NCBI GenBank assembly: GCA_963755915.1
Contig: CAVWLP010000002.1
Span: forward strand, 2,976,001-3,040,000
Length of the DNA stretch: 64,000 nt
Reading direction: 5' to 3'
DNA from: an uncultured Phycisphaerales bacterium
GTDB taxonomy: Bacteria > Planctomycetota > Phycisphaerae > Tepidisphaerales > Tepidisphaeraceae
The translations under genes were made by a program, and so were the position numbers. The notes below the pieces were generated by a model. It was not told where the DNA came from. It saw only the letters and a program-made list of their open reading frames with translations, and searched no databases. The first letter of the stretch is position 1. Each line of letters begins with the position of its first letter. Shown piece after piece: positions 1-10,581 of the stretch.

Positions 1-569
1 GAAAAATCCCCCGTCTCATACCCGTCAATATCCATGTGCGGCGAAACGTCATAAAACGTCCGGTCCGTATTCGAAACGCTCCCCCGCGTCGCCGTCCGCG
101 CCAGCCCGTAAGGCGTCCCAAACGCCATCACATCCTGCCCCACGACCAGCTTCCCGCTCGCCCCCAGCTTCGCCGGCTCAAACGCAAATTTACCCTTCCT
201 CACCGCGTTCATGTCCATCTGGATAATCGCCAGATCCGTCCAGTGATCGTCCCCGATCAAATGCGCCGGCACCCGCTCCTTGTCCGCCAGCGTCACATAA
301 ATCTCAATCGCCCGCCCCGCGACGTGATAATTCGTCAAGATCCGTCCCTGCTCGTCGATGATTACCCCCGACCCATTCCCCCGCACCAAACTCTGCTTCC
401 CATCCTTATATTCCGCCTGCGCGATATCCACCCGCACCACCGCCGGCGAAATCATCCCCGTCACGTCCGTCACCCGCCGCGGCGTCGCACCCGGATAGGG
501 TTCAACCTCGCAGCCCGCGATTATCAGACAAACCAGCCAGGCAATATTTCGAATCAATATTCGATTCAT
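1..569 (-). CDS. HtrA/DegP-like trypsin-family serine protease lipoprotein (5' part; runs off window start)
   Basis: Manual translation from ATG at 569: MNRILIRNIAWLVCLIIAGC (lipobox)...GSGVIIDEQGRILTNYHVA...TDLAII...GQDVMAFGTPYGL, typical trypsin-2/HtrA motifs. Not in the ORF track because it is open-ended. Confidence 0.85.
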   Translation of the reverse strand, partial: MNRILIRNIAWLVCLIIAGCEVEPYPGATPRRVTDVTGMISPAVVRVDIAQAEYKDGKQSLVRGNGSGVIIDEQGRILTNYHVAGRAIEIYVTLADKERVPAHLIGDDHWTDLAIIQMDMNAVRKGKFAFEPAKLGASGKLVVGQDVMAFGTPYGLARTATRGSVSNTDRTFYDVSPHMDIDGYETGDF

Positions 570-578
570 TGAAAAAGT

Positions 579-587
579 TGTGGATAA
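579..587 (-). promoter_or_regulatory. Single perfect DnaA box (TTATCCACA)
   Basis: TGTGGATAA on + strand in the divergent htrA/rdgC intergenic region; only one copy seen. Confidence 0.35.
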
Positions 588-659
588 CATGCGCGAAGCC
601 TGTCGATGCCGCAACCCTCCTGCGAAAGATTTCCTCTCTTCCGCTACATTCCCACCCCT

Positions 660-1871
660 ATGTCATTTTCTTCAGGCACCGTCTCCATGCGTCGTTTCTC
701 CGTCCTCGGCTCCCACCCAAAGTCCATCGACCAATCCCATCTCGACGCCCTCGAAAAGCACAAAATCAACCCCCAGGACTCCGGAAGTGTAGAAATCGAC
801 TACGGCTGGACCGCCGGCCGCCATATCTTCGACACCCAGTTTTCCTTCGAGCACAACGTCTTCAACGACGCCCTCTCTTTCGCCCTCCGCGTCGACACCA
901 ACCGCGTCCCCGCCGAAATCCGCGCCGCCTTTAAAATCATGGAGGAAGACGCCCTCGTCGCCCAAAATCCCTCGGGTTTCATCAGCAACAAACAAAAAAA
1001 GACCGTCCGCGAGACCCTCTCGCAAAAAATCGACGACGAGCTCCGCACCGGCAAATACCGCCGCAGCAGGCTCACCCCCATCCTCTGGGATTTCCCCACC
1101 AACACCCTCTATTCCCCGGCTACCAGTTCCGCCGCCGAAAAACTAATGGAACTCTTCGAACGCACCTTCGGCCTCGAGCTCCAGCCCCTCAGCGCCGGCT
1201 CCCTCGCCCTGAACCTCTTGAAATCCCAGGCCCATCGCCGCGACTACGAAGACCTCCGCCCCACCCGTTTCGTCCTCGCCGACGGCGGTGATTCCCACTA
1301 CCCCGACTACCCCTGGGCCGCCAAAGGCCCTCAGCCCAAAGACTTCCTCGGCAACGAATTCCTCCTCTGGCTCTGGCACGAAGCCGACCGCAACCAGGGC
1401 GTAATCAAAACCGACCCGGCCGAAATCACTCTCTTCATCGACAAGCTTCTCGACCTGGATTGCGCCTACGGCCAATCCGGCCGCGACACCCTCCGCGCCG
1501 CCGGCCCCGCCCAAATGCCCGAAGCCCTCGACGCCCTCCGCTCCGCAAAAGTCCCCAGAAAACTAGGCCTCATCCTAGACACCGGCCAGCAATTCTCCCT
1601 CACCCTCAGCGCCGAACCCCTCTCAATTTCCTCCGCCCGTCTCCCCGACGTAGAAGACGCCGAAACCCCGCGCGTCCTCTTCGAAGAGCGCATCATGCTC
1701 CTGCGCGACCTCTGGCGCGCCATCGACCACCTCTTCGCCACATTCCTAAAGAATCGCACCACATCCCACTGGGAATCCCAAACCAATGCAATCCGCAAAT
1801 GGATTCTCACACCCCCTCCCCGTTTAGCCGCGCCCCGAAGGGAAGCCCTCCCCGAACCCGCCCCCGTCTAA
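660..1871 (+). CDS. RdgC-like recombination-associated protein
   Basis: MSFSSGTVSMRRF start, 'FALRVDTNRVP', 'LMELFERTFGLEL', 'FLGNEFLLWLW' resemble RdgC-family putative exonucleases. Confidence 0.7.
   Translation: MSFSSGTVSMRRFSVLGSHPKSIDQSHLDALEKHKINPQDSGSVEIDYGWTAGRHIFDTQFSFEHNVFNDALSFALRVDTNRVPAEIRAAFKIMEEDALVAQNPSGFISNKQKKTVRETLSQKIDDELRTGKYRRSRLTPILWDFPTNTLYSPATSSAAEKLMELFERTFGLELQPLSAGSLALNLLKSQAHRRDYEDLRPTRFVLADGGDSHYPDYPWAAKGPQPKDFLGNEFLLWLWHEADRNQGVIKTDPAEITLFIDKLLDLDCAYGQSGRDTLRAAGPAQMPEALDALRSAKVPRKLGLILDTGQQFSLTLSAEPLSISSARLPDVEDAETPRVLFEERIMLLRDLWRAIDHLFATFLKNRTTSHWESQTNAIRKWILTPPPRLAAPRREALPEPAPV
1822..1846 (+). repeat. GTTTAG-headed REP-like palindrome (copies 1822-1846, 9315-9341, 13937-13963, 19602-19628, 28712-28736)
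   Basis: gtttagccgcgccccgaagggaagc at 1822 and 28712; identical 27-mer gtttagcggccgcgtttacgcggcgcg at 9315 and 13937. Confidence 0.75.
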
Positions 1872-1887
1872 ACTTCGCCACCTCCCC

Positions 1888-1916
1888 GAACGCCCACGGC
1901 GCCGCCGTGGAGCATT
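1888..1916 (+). repeat. 'AACGCCCACGGCGCCGCCGTGG' palindrome family (1888, 16681, 20021, 23556, 33597 variant; in-CDS at 35271 and 37055)
   Basis: Near-identical hairpin cccacggc-gcc-gccgtggg seen at the listed sites, all in the same orientation. Confidence 0.9.
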
Positions 1917-1921
1917 CACCC

Positions 1922-1947
1922 GTGTAGCCGCCGCACTTGTGCGGCGC
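1922..1947 (+). repeat. GTAG-headed REP-like hairpin (1922-1947, 10552-10577, 24714-24739, 26363-26388)
   Basis: tgtagccgcc + GC-rich stem around a ctt loop; a GTAG tetranucleotide ahead of a hairpin is the hallmark of RAYT-associated REPs. Confidence 0.7.
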
Positions 1948-1958
1948 TCTTCCCCCGT

Positions 1959-2033
1959 TTCGAATTTCAAATTTCGAATTTGACCTGTCCCGTGCGCCGG
2001 GGTTCGTCATTCGAATTTCGAGTTTCGAATTTC
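1959..2033. repeat. TTTCGAA/TTTCGAG heptamer array (also 7085-7173, 13969-14041, 39441-39498)
   Basis: Runs such as ttcgaatttcgagtttcgaattt and gaatttgattcgaatttcgagtttcg; each array lies between convergent genes. Confidence 0.85.
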
Positions 2034-2035
2034 CC

Positions 2036-5000
2036 CTAAGGCATCGTGCTAGGTTCACTAGCCGGGATCTGGGCTTCCCCCAACACCCCCTTCACCGCCG
2101 CCAAAATCCCCTCCCCCGTCAAATCCTTCCCCACCACTTTCCCATCCCGTCCAATCAGCCACGCATGCCCCGTCCCGAAATTCGTATTCATAATCTGCCA
2201 CGCATCAACACCCGTCACCATCCCCGCCTGCGTCCACGGATCATTCCCCATCTTCCCTGGCGTCTGTCCCTTCAGCACAAACTCCGGCGCTATCTCCAGC
2301 ATCACCAGACGATCGTCATGCCCGTACTCCCCATAAACCTTCTTCAGAGGCTGCTCCAGGAAGCTCAAATTATTCGCCGCCCCAAACCACAGCAGCACAT
2401 ACTTCCCCCTCAAGTCCGTTAGCCTCATGCTCTTCCCATCGGTCGTCATCAAATCCAAATCCGCAACCTCATCCCCCACGTCATAATGCCCAAACCTTAC
2501 CACCTCCACCGGCTGAATCAGCAGCGCCTGATCGCTCCTCCCCCCCGGCATATCCGCAACCGTAAACTGCATCTGCCCCATCCCAATCTGTTGCCCGAAC
2601 CTGTTCTCGCCGCTCGTCTGCTGAATATTGATCATCAACTGATACGTCCCCGCCGGCACGTCGTCGATCCGGAACGACCCATCGCTGGCAATCGTGAACG
2701 GAATATTCCGGTTATTCGCCATCGCCTTTATCCGCTTCTCCTGCCACGCCTTCCCCTCGTCGGTCTTCGTCCAGTTCTGCATCCACTCCCGCTGCCTCTC
2801 CTCCGAAAGCATTCGCACGATCAGCGGCATCGGTGGCATCATATTCATCCCGCTGTTCCACGTATTCACCTGGCAAAAGCCATACTGCCAATCCGAATGG
2901 CTCTGAAAATACCCCGGCAAAATCACCCTCCCGACCACCGGCCTTCCCGTCCCCCCCAGGCTCACCGTCACCGTCTCCCCCGCCTTCACCTCCGCCATCC
3001 CCAGCGTCGCCGTCGTTGACGAGTTCGCGCTCAGCGGAATCATTCTCCCCAAACTCCAATGCCCCGGCGGCACTCGATCCGCCGAAAAATTCCCCTCCGC
3101 ATCCGTCTGCGCGTTGATCCCCATATAGACCCGCGGCTCCTGCGGATCGTACGGACCCTGATTTTCATCCAGCGACGAAATATTCACTTGCTGGTTCCCC
3201 GCCGGCTTCGATCCAATCATCATCTTCCCCTCAATCTTCCCCCACGCCGACACCGTCACCACCCCCGTCTTCGCGATCGCATCCCCATCCGCCTCCCCAT
3301 ATCCCTCATCCGCGATCACCGCCACTTTAAATTTCCCCGCCTCCTCCGGCGGCAAATCCACTTTCCCATCCGCTCCGCTCTCTGCCTGCGCACCCATCCC
3401 ATTCCCAAACTGCCTCCCGTCCTGCACAAACAACTGCTCCCCCGGCATCGCGATCCCCACCTTCGCATTCGCCACCGCCTTCCCATCCGCCGTCTCCACC
3501 GTAAAAATCAAATCCTTCCCCGCCTCCATCTTAATTGCCAGAGTCGCATCCCCTTCGCTCGACATCACCACCCGCGACTCCGCCGGCTTATAACCCTTCG
3601 CCTCCACCTTCACCGCGATCCCCGGATACGGCCACGTGTTTTCAAACGAAAATCTCCCCCCAGGCTGAACCGAATTCTGCGCAAAATCCCATCCCGGCTG
3701 CCAAGTTACTTGCTGATTTCCCGGCCACATGATCCCCATCTCAAGGGAAAACTTCTCGATCGGCTGCCCCGTCCCCGCATCCACCACCGTCCCGCTGATC
3801 CGCGTTGTCTTCCCCAGCCGGATCACATTCTCCTGCCCCGCCGAAATCGTCTGGTTCTGCACCCCGCAGCCCGCGCGCCTCCACGCTCACCTGCACCGGC
3901 CCATCCGGCGCTCCCGCCCACTTAAAATTCCCATCCCCGTCCGTCTGGATTCTCGGCGTCAGCGCCCCATTTACTCCATTCCAGTTGTCGATATTGATAA
4001 ACGCCCCCCGCACCGGCGCTCCATTCGCATCCAAAACCCTCCCCGTAATCGTCTGCCCTTTGCTCAACTGGATCGTCACGCTCTGATCCGCCTGCCCCAC
4101 TCCAAACTGCTTCATCCCCGTGCACATCCCGGCGCCTCCGCCACCACCGACGCCGATTCTCCCGCATTAAAGTGATGCACGATCTGCCCCGAACCATCCG
4201 TCTTCTGCGCCGGAATGCTGTTCGAGCTGAATCGGTTCTGCCCCATCGAAACCGTCGCCCCCTCCACCGGCGATCCATCCGGCCCCAATACCTTCACGGT
4301 CACCGCCACCCCTCGGTGCAGCGTATAAACCGCCGTCCCATCATAAAGCGCCGACACCGGTGAATACGGCTGCGGATAATAAAACGTCCCCGTCACATAA
4401 TTCAGATTCCACGCCACCATCCCGATCTGCTCGCAATCCACCGGCGCCCCGTTGTAACTCCATTTCCCTTCCGCATCCGTCTTGATCGCGTGCGTCGGAT
4501 TGCTCCAGTTGTAATCCACCTCCGCGCGTGGGTTGGACAGATCCTCCGTAAAATCCAGCGCCACGTTCGCCTCCGCCACCGGATTCCCCGAATCGTCCAC
4601 CACCTTCCCCGATATTTTCGTCGCCTTCCCCATCGTCAGCGTCATACTCGCCGGAACCGGCCCTCGATACGAAGGATTGTACGGCGCCCAGATCAGCCGC
4701 TGCGCCACATACCCCTTCCCGCTCACCCGCAAATTAAAATTCGGATTCTCCACATCCGGCACCGGCACCGTCACATGCCCATCCGCCCCCGTCGTCCCAT
4801 TAAATCGCGGACGATTGATCGACACTCTCAGCCCCGCCACCGGCTCCTTCGTCTTCCGGTCCACCGCCAGCAAGTCCATCGTCTTGCTCCCCGCCGCGAT
4901 CGGTGTATTCACCACCGGCGTCGCCGCCCTCGCCCCAGCCACCCCCGCCGGCGCACCACCACCTCCACCTGCCGCCGCCGGCGCAGAATTCGCCACGATT

Positions 5001-5164
5001 CCCGTATCCGGCGTACTTAAATTCGCCCCCGAACTCCCATTCGTAAACGAAAGCGTCCCCACCCAATACAACCCCGCCGGCACCAGCACCGCCGCCAGCA
5101 CGATCAGCCCAATCAAAACCCACGTCTTCGCCCCGCCCCAGCGATTCAAGGAATTAGTCTTCAT
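2036..5164 (-). CDS. Membrane-anchored protein with repeated carboxypeptidase-regulatory-like (beta-sandwich) domains and a C-terminal thioredoxin-like domain; split by two frameshifts (~4125, ~3865)
   Basis: ORFs 4112-5263, 3741-4127 and 2036-3862 join: N-terminal TM, repeated 'ISGKVVDDSGNPV' / 'ITGRVLDANGAPV', C-terminal 'LTDLRGKYVLLWF' TlpA-like fold without CxxC. Confidence 0.7.
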
Positions 5165-5298
5165 GTTTTGCCTCAATCGAATTGCGCCTTCGTTATCCGC
5201 CTGTGAGCAATAAATTCTAACTGCCTTCCCCCTCCATAAGCCAATTTTTGCTCCCCCGTTCAAACCCCTCTAATATTTTCCGACGCGGCCACCCATCC

Positions 5299-6345
5299 AT
5301 GCCAACTCCCCCCGAGAATTCCGCCACCATCCTCACCGCCAACCCCGGCTCCGCAGGCTCAGCCATCGCCGTCATCCGCATTCGCGGTCCCCTCGTTCCC
5401 CACTTCCTCGCCACCCATTTCTCCAAACCCCTCATCCCCGGCATATGCCTTCACGCCAACCTTCACGACCAATCCGAAATCATTGACGATCCCATCCTCC
5501 TCCTCTCCCAAGATTCCCAATGGGCCGATATCTCCCTCCACGGCGGCCCCTGGATTCTCGCCTCCATCCTCGCCCTCTGCCACCGCGAAGGCTTCTCCAT
5601 CCTCAACTCCCAAACCCCTCTTCCCCCTCAATCCTTCGACGAAGCCCCCGACGATTTCCAACGCGAGATGCTCAGCCATCTTCCGCAAGCCTTGACCCGC
5701 CAATCCCTACGAATGCTCCTAAGCCAGCCCTCCCTCTGGCACGAAGCCCTGAAAAATAAAACGCTGAACCCCACCCCCATCCTGCAAGACCAAACCCTCT
5801 GGCGTCTTCTACATCCACCGCAAATCGCCATCGTCGGCGAGCCCAACGTCGGCAAGTCCACCCTCGCCAATCTCCTTTTCTCCGCCCCGCGCTCCATCAC
5901 CGCCGACATCCCCGGCACCACCCGCGACTACGTCGCCGAACTCGCCGACATCGCCGGCCTCCCCGCCACCCTCATCGACACCCCCGGCCAACGCCAAACC
6001 CCCGACCCCCTCGAACGCGCCGCCATCTCCTTCAGCCAAAAAAAAATCGCCCAAAGCGACCTCCTCCTTATCCTCCTCGACGCCACCCACCCACCCCAGG
6101 CCCCGCTCTCCTACCCCCCATCACCCAGAAAAATCACCGTCATCAACAAAATCGATCAACCCCTCGCATGGAATTTCCCCACAGACTCCATCCCCATCTC
6201 CGCCCAAACCGCCCAGGGAATCGAAGCCCTCCACGCCGCCATTCACCGCCAACTAGGCATCACCGATCTAAACGAAAATCGCCCACGCTGGTGGACCGAC
6301 CGGCAAAGGGCCCTGTTGCAGAAAATCGCGACACCCGCCCGATAA
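5299..6345 (+). CDS. MnmE/TrmE-like GTPase (short form)
   Basis: TrmE-N 'AIAVIRIRGP' and 'ISLHGG'; G1 GEPNVGKS, G2 PGTTRD, G3 DTPG, G4 NKID; helical domain much reduced. Confidence 0.75.
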   Translation: MPTPPENSATILTANPGSAGSAIAVIRIRGPLVPHFLATHFSKPLIPGICLHANLHDQSEIIDDPILLLSQDSQWADISLHGGPWILASILALCHREGFSILNSQTPLPPQSFDEAPDDFQREMLSHLPQALTRQSLRMLLSQPSLWHEALKNKTLNPTPILQDQTLWRLLHPPQIAIVGEPNVGKSTLANLLFSAPRSITADIPGTTRDYVAELADIAGLPATLIDTPGQRQTPDPLERAAISFSQKKIAQSDLLLILLDATHPPQAPLSYPPSPRKITVINKIDQPLAWNFPTDSIPISAQTAQGIEALHAAIHRQLGITDLNENRPRWWTDRQRALLQKIATPAR

Positions 6346-6350
6346 TCTAA

Positions 6351-7022
6351 ATGATGCTCGTCTCCAACGACCCCAAAATGGAGTTCGTCAACTACCACGC
6401 CAACACCAGTCTCTTCGCCCTCTCCATCCTCCAGCAAAACAAGCCCCTCAATCAGCAAAAGCTTTTCAGCATCGCCTGCCTCATGCCCCACCTCGCCGAC
6501 TATTTGGCCCTCTTCCACACCGTCCACCACAGCTCCCTCGTCGAAACCCACTGGCCCGCCCCCCCGGACCAATTCCCCGCCAGGCTCATCGAACACCGCA
6601 ATGACTTCTTCGAACTCCCTCCCCTCGACATCGACTGCGTCATCTCCCACGCCGCCATCCACTGCTTCAACGACACCCGCTACGGCAACACGAACAATTC
6701 CACCGGCTGGCAACGCCCATACCAAGTCCCCGCCAAGCTCCGCCAGATCATCGGCAAAAAACAAATCCCCATCATCGTCAGCATCTCCGTCAACCGAGAC
6801 GAGGCCTTCATCGACAACAACACCCATCTCTCCCACGAAAAGTTCATCCATTCCTTCCGCGCCTCAGGATTCGAGCTCCAGGACCACTTCTTCGACTACG
6901 TCTGCGGCGGCATCCCCCAAAAACCCGAATACCTCAAACTGGAATACCGCCGCTCCAAAACCCTCCCCCCCCAAGGCGGCCCCCAAAAAGATTGGATCGT
7001 CGGAAACTACCACTTCCACTAA
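6351..7022 (+). CDS. Hypothetical protein, possibly SAM-methyltransferase-like (DUF268-like)
   Basis: 223-aa ORF with host codon style; 'DCVISHAAIHCF...RYG' recalls DUF268/class I MTase motifs. Confidence 0.45.
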   Translation: MMLVSNDPKMEFVNYHANTSLFALSILQQNKPLNQQKLFSIACLMPHLADYLALFHTVHHSSLVETHWPAPPDQFPARLIEHRNDFFELPPLDIDCVISHAAIHCFNDTRYGNTNNSTGWQRPYQVPAKLRQIIGKKQIPIIVSISVNRDEAFIDNNTHLSHEKFIHSFRASGFELQDHFFDYVCGGIPQKPEYLKLEYRRSKTLPPQGGPQKDWIVGNYHFH

Positions 7023-7043
7023 CCCCCAACCCCCAACACAAAA

Positions 7044-7075
7044 GCCACAGGATGGCAATCCTGTGGCCTTCTTTC
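7044..7075 (+). terminator. Hairpin / probable intrinsic terminator
   Basis: gccacaggat-ggca-atcctgtggc followed by cttcttt, just after the stop at 7022. Confidence 0.5.
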
Positions 7076-7175
7076 AACTGATGTCCGAAATCCGAAATCC
7101 CAATTTCGATTCGAATTTCGAATTTCCCTCATTCGAATTTGATTCGAATTTCGAGTTTCGAATTTCGAGTTTCCC

Positions 7176-9305
7176 CTAATACCCCGCCCACCGCGCGATA
7201 TCCTGATAAGTCACCAGCAAAAACACCCCAAGAATCAACACCAACCCCACCATCTGCACAATCCTCTGCGTCTCCGCCGACAGCGGCTTCCCCTGAATCT
7301 TCTCCAGGATCAGCAGCGTAAAAAGTCCCCCATCCACAATCGGAATCGGCAGAAAGTTAACGACTGCCAGATTCGCGCTGATCAAACACAAAAACCACAG
7401 CAGCCACGTAGCCCCTCGGCTCGCCACCTGCGCCCCCTCATGCGCCATCCCCACGGGCCCCATCACATTGGAAAGCGCCACGCCACCGGTAACCATCCGC
7501 TGCAGCGTCACATAAAACTGCAAGATCAAATCCCGCGTCTCATCCACACCCCACCCCATCGCCAACAGCGGATTATGTGTATGCCGCTCGCTCATCATCG
7601 TGTGCAGCGGCAGATACTGCGTCAGCGTCACCGCCTTCGCGTCATCAATATCATTCTGCGCCAGCTCGATCGTCGCCACCGCCGGCTTCCCATCCACGTC
7701 CGGCGGCAAAAACGTAATCGCCAGCTTCTCTCCCGCCTTCCCATCCGCAACGATCTTCCGTAACTCAAACCAGTTGCTGATCGCTTGTCCGTTAATCTCC
7801 GTCAACGTCGCCCCCGCCGGAATCTTCCCCGCAACAGGCCCGTCTTTAACGACCTCCGCCACCACCAAATGCTGCTCATCCGTCCCCAGCGGCGCAATCC
7901 CCAACCCCATCCGCCCGCCGCTCTTCGGCAGCCGGTACGGCTGCAAATCCGCCACCACCCGCGGCGTCGTCTGACCAGGATCCAGCACCGTCAGCGAAAC
8001 CTTCACATCATTATCCCCAGCCCGCAAAATCGTCTGCCGAAGCTGCTGCACCGTCGGATGCGACAAATGATCCGACGCCGCATCCACCGCCAATATCACA
8101 TCCCCCGGAATCAGTCTCCCCAGCGCCGGCGATGTATCAATCAATCCCATCACCGTCGCCCGCGGCGCCATCCCCAAAATCGACAAATCCGCATCCGTAA
8201 ACGGCAACCCAAAATACGGCGTCACCGATGTATGCCGGATCTTCCCATCCGGCCCCTCAACCGTCAGCGCCACCGCCTTCCCATTCGAATCCTCCAGCGC
8301 CCCATACAACTGCGCAATCGCAGCGGCGGGGGGGTTCCGATTCACTATCTTCCCATTGATCTGTGTAACCCTATCCCCCGGATTCAGCGCGTTCTCATCC
8401 GGCAATTCCATCTTCGCCAGCGTCGCGTCATCGTCCGTATCGTCCTCTGCAAAAACCTCCGGCCCCGATAGCTCAAACGGCTGAATCACCCCAAGCTGCA
8501 GCAATCCCTTCCCATCCTCCCCCTCCCGCTGCGGCGTCGTATACAGCGTCTCGCTCTTCCCATTCGGATGCTTCACCTCCAGCGCCACCCGCGTCCCGTC
8601 ATACGTTAGCGCAACATTCAGCGGTATCCGCGAAAAATCCCCCATCATCGGCTTCCCGCGATACGAAACAATCTCATCCCCAGGCTGCAACCCCACCACG
8701 TTCCCATCCGCCGTCACCGCTCGCGCCGCCGGACTCCCCGCGATCACGCCCCCAACAATCGCCGGCGGAACCGGATATCCCACCATGAACAAAATCATGA
8801 ACCCGATCGCCGCGAAGATAATGTTCATCACCACGCCCGCGGAAACAATGATCATCCGCGCCCCCACGGACTTTTTGTTATACGCCCGCGGATCCTCCGC
8901 CGTCACCCCCGGCCGAAGGTCGTCCTGCCCGAGCATCTTCACATACCCGCCCAGCGGCACCCAGTTAAAACGGTATTCCGTCTCCCCCAGCCCGATCCGC
9001 GCCGCCACCGTCGCCGCATAATCCAGCGTCGGATTCGCCTTCTCATGCAGTTGCAGCTCTTCCTTTTCCACCTTCTCAATATGCTCGTGAATCGCCTTGT
9101 TATAGTCCGGCGTAGTCGTCCCCCAACGAAACCCGATCCCCTTCCGATACGCCACGATCGCCGGCCCAAACCCAATCGCAAACTGCTCCACTTTCACGTC
9201 GCAATATTTCGCCGCCAGAAAGTGCCCCAGCTCGTGAACAAATATCACGATCCCCAGCCCCAGCGCCAACTGCGCATAATCCAACGCGTTATGAAAGTAG
9301 ATCAT
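7176..9305 (-). CDS. rseP: RIP metalloprotease RseP with multiple PDZ domains
   Basis: HELGH, 'PLGGYVKM', 'NFLPIPIVDGG' motifs; lies downstream of dxr. Confidence 0.92.
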   Translation of the reverse strand: MIYFHNALDYAQLALGLGIVIFVHELGHFLAAKYCDVKVEQFAIGFGPAIVAYRKGIGFRWGTTTPDYNKAIHEHIEKVEKEELQLHEKANPTLDYAATVAARIGLGETEYRFNWVPLGGYVKMLGQDDLRPGVTAEDPRAYNKKSVGARMIIVSAGVVMNIIFAAIGFMILFMVGYPVPPAIVGGVIAGSPAARAVTADGNVVGLQPGDEIVSYRGKPMMGDFSRIPLNVALTYDGTRVALEVKHPNGKSETLYTTPQREGEDGKGLLQLGVIQPFELSGPEVFAEDDTDDDATLAKMELPDENALNPGDRVTQINGKIVNRNPPAAAIAQLYGALEDSNGKAVALTVEGPDGKIRHTSVTPYFGLPFTDADLSILGMAPRATVMGLIDTSPALGRLIPGDVILAVDAASDHLSHPTVQQLRQTILRAGDNDVKVSLTVLDPGQTTPRVVADLQPYRLPKSGGRMGLGIAPLGTDEQHLVVAEVVKDGPVAGKIPAGATLTEINGQAISNWFELRKIVADGKAGEKLAITFLPPDVDGKPAVATIELAQNDIDDAKAVTLTQYLPLHTMMSERHTHNPLLAMGWGVDETRDLILQFYVTLQRMVTGGVALSNVMGPVGMAHEGAQVASRGATWLLWFLCLISANLAVVNFLPIPIVDGGLFTLLILEKIQGKPLSAETQRIVQMVGLVLILGVFLLVTYQDIARWAGY

Positions 9306-9344
9306 CGATAACCTGTTTAGCGGCCGCGTTTACGCGGCGCGACT

Positions 9345-10519
9345 TTAACCCAACGGCGCACACGTACGCACCGCTATCGAACTTTCTGCCGTATCCCTTG
9401 CCCATCGGTCCGCTTCGAGCAAATCGTCCAGAGACGGTTGCTCCTGAATACGATGGAGCGAAATTGTATGTTCCACAATACCCGAAATCTCGCCAAAGGC
9501 GATTCGCCCCCCCATAAAGGCCGCAACCCCTGCCTCATTTGCCGCGTTTAACACCGCCCCAGCCGTCCCACCCGCCTCCGCAACCTTATACGCCAGCTTC
9601 AAAGCCGGAAACCTCTCAAAGTCCGGCGGCTCCAGATTTAGACTATGACATTTCGTCCAGTCCATCCGTCTCGAACACCCCACCGCACGATCCGGATAAG
9701 TCAGCGCATACTGAATCGGCGTCCGCATATCCGGCGGCGACATCTGCGCCATCACCGACCCATCCACAAACTCCACCATCGAATGAATCACCGACTCCGG
9801 ATGTATCATGATCTGCACCTGCTCCGGCTTCAGATCAAACAGCCAGCAAGCCTCAATAAGTTCCAGCGCCTTGTTAAACATCGTCGCCGAATCAATGGTA
9901 ATCTTATTCCCCATCCTCCACGTCGGATGATTCAGCGCGTCCTCCACCGTCGCGCTTCGAATCTTCTCCAAAGGCGCGTTTCTGAAGGGTCCTCCACTCG
10001 CCGTAAGAATCACCCGCTTGACTTCGCTCCCCCGTCCACAAGCCATCGCCTGAAATATCGCCGAATGCTCCGAATCCACAGGCAGCAATTTCACCCCGCG
10101 CTGCGCGCCTCCGGAATGAGCAGCGACCCCGCCACAACCAGCGCCTCCTTATTCGCCAGCGCCAATGTTTTCCCCGCCCTTACCGCCGCCAATGCCGCCG
10201 GCAACCCCGCCGCCCCCACAACCGCCGCCACCACAATATCCACCTCCTCATGCCGCGCCAGATCGACGAGCCCGCTCTCCCCCACAAAAATCCGCGGCCC
10301 CCCAACCCCCAGCAATTCCTTCAACTCCTCCACTCGCTCCCGATCCACAATCGCCACCGAATGCGGCTCAAACTCCTTCACCTGCCCCGCCAGCTTCCCC
10401 ACCTGCCGATGCGCCCCCAACCCCACCGCCCGGTAGGGGGGCCCCAGATGCCGAACCACGTCCAGCGTACTGCACCCAATCGATCCCGTAGACCCAAGAA
10501 TCGCGACGCGTTTGCTCAC
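9345..10519 (-). CDS. dxr: 1-deoxy-D-xylulose-5-phosphate reductoisomerase (frameshift ~10095, likely sequencing error)
   Basis: 'ILGSTGSIG', 'LANKE', 'LPVDSEHSAIFQ', 'LTASGGPF', 'HPTWRMGNKITIDSATMFNK'. Confidence 0.95.
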
Positions 10520-10581
10520 GACTCCACACTATAACGACGAACCTCCACCCCGTGTAGCCGCCGGGCTTCCCCGGCGCTGAT

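Noticed and set aside
579-587. oriC
   Set aside because: One DnaA box only, with no box cluster or dnaA/dnaN nearby and no skew inversion at this point.
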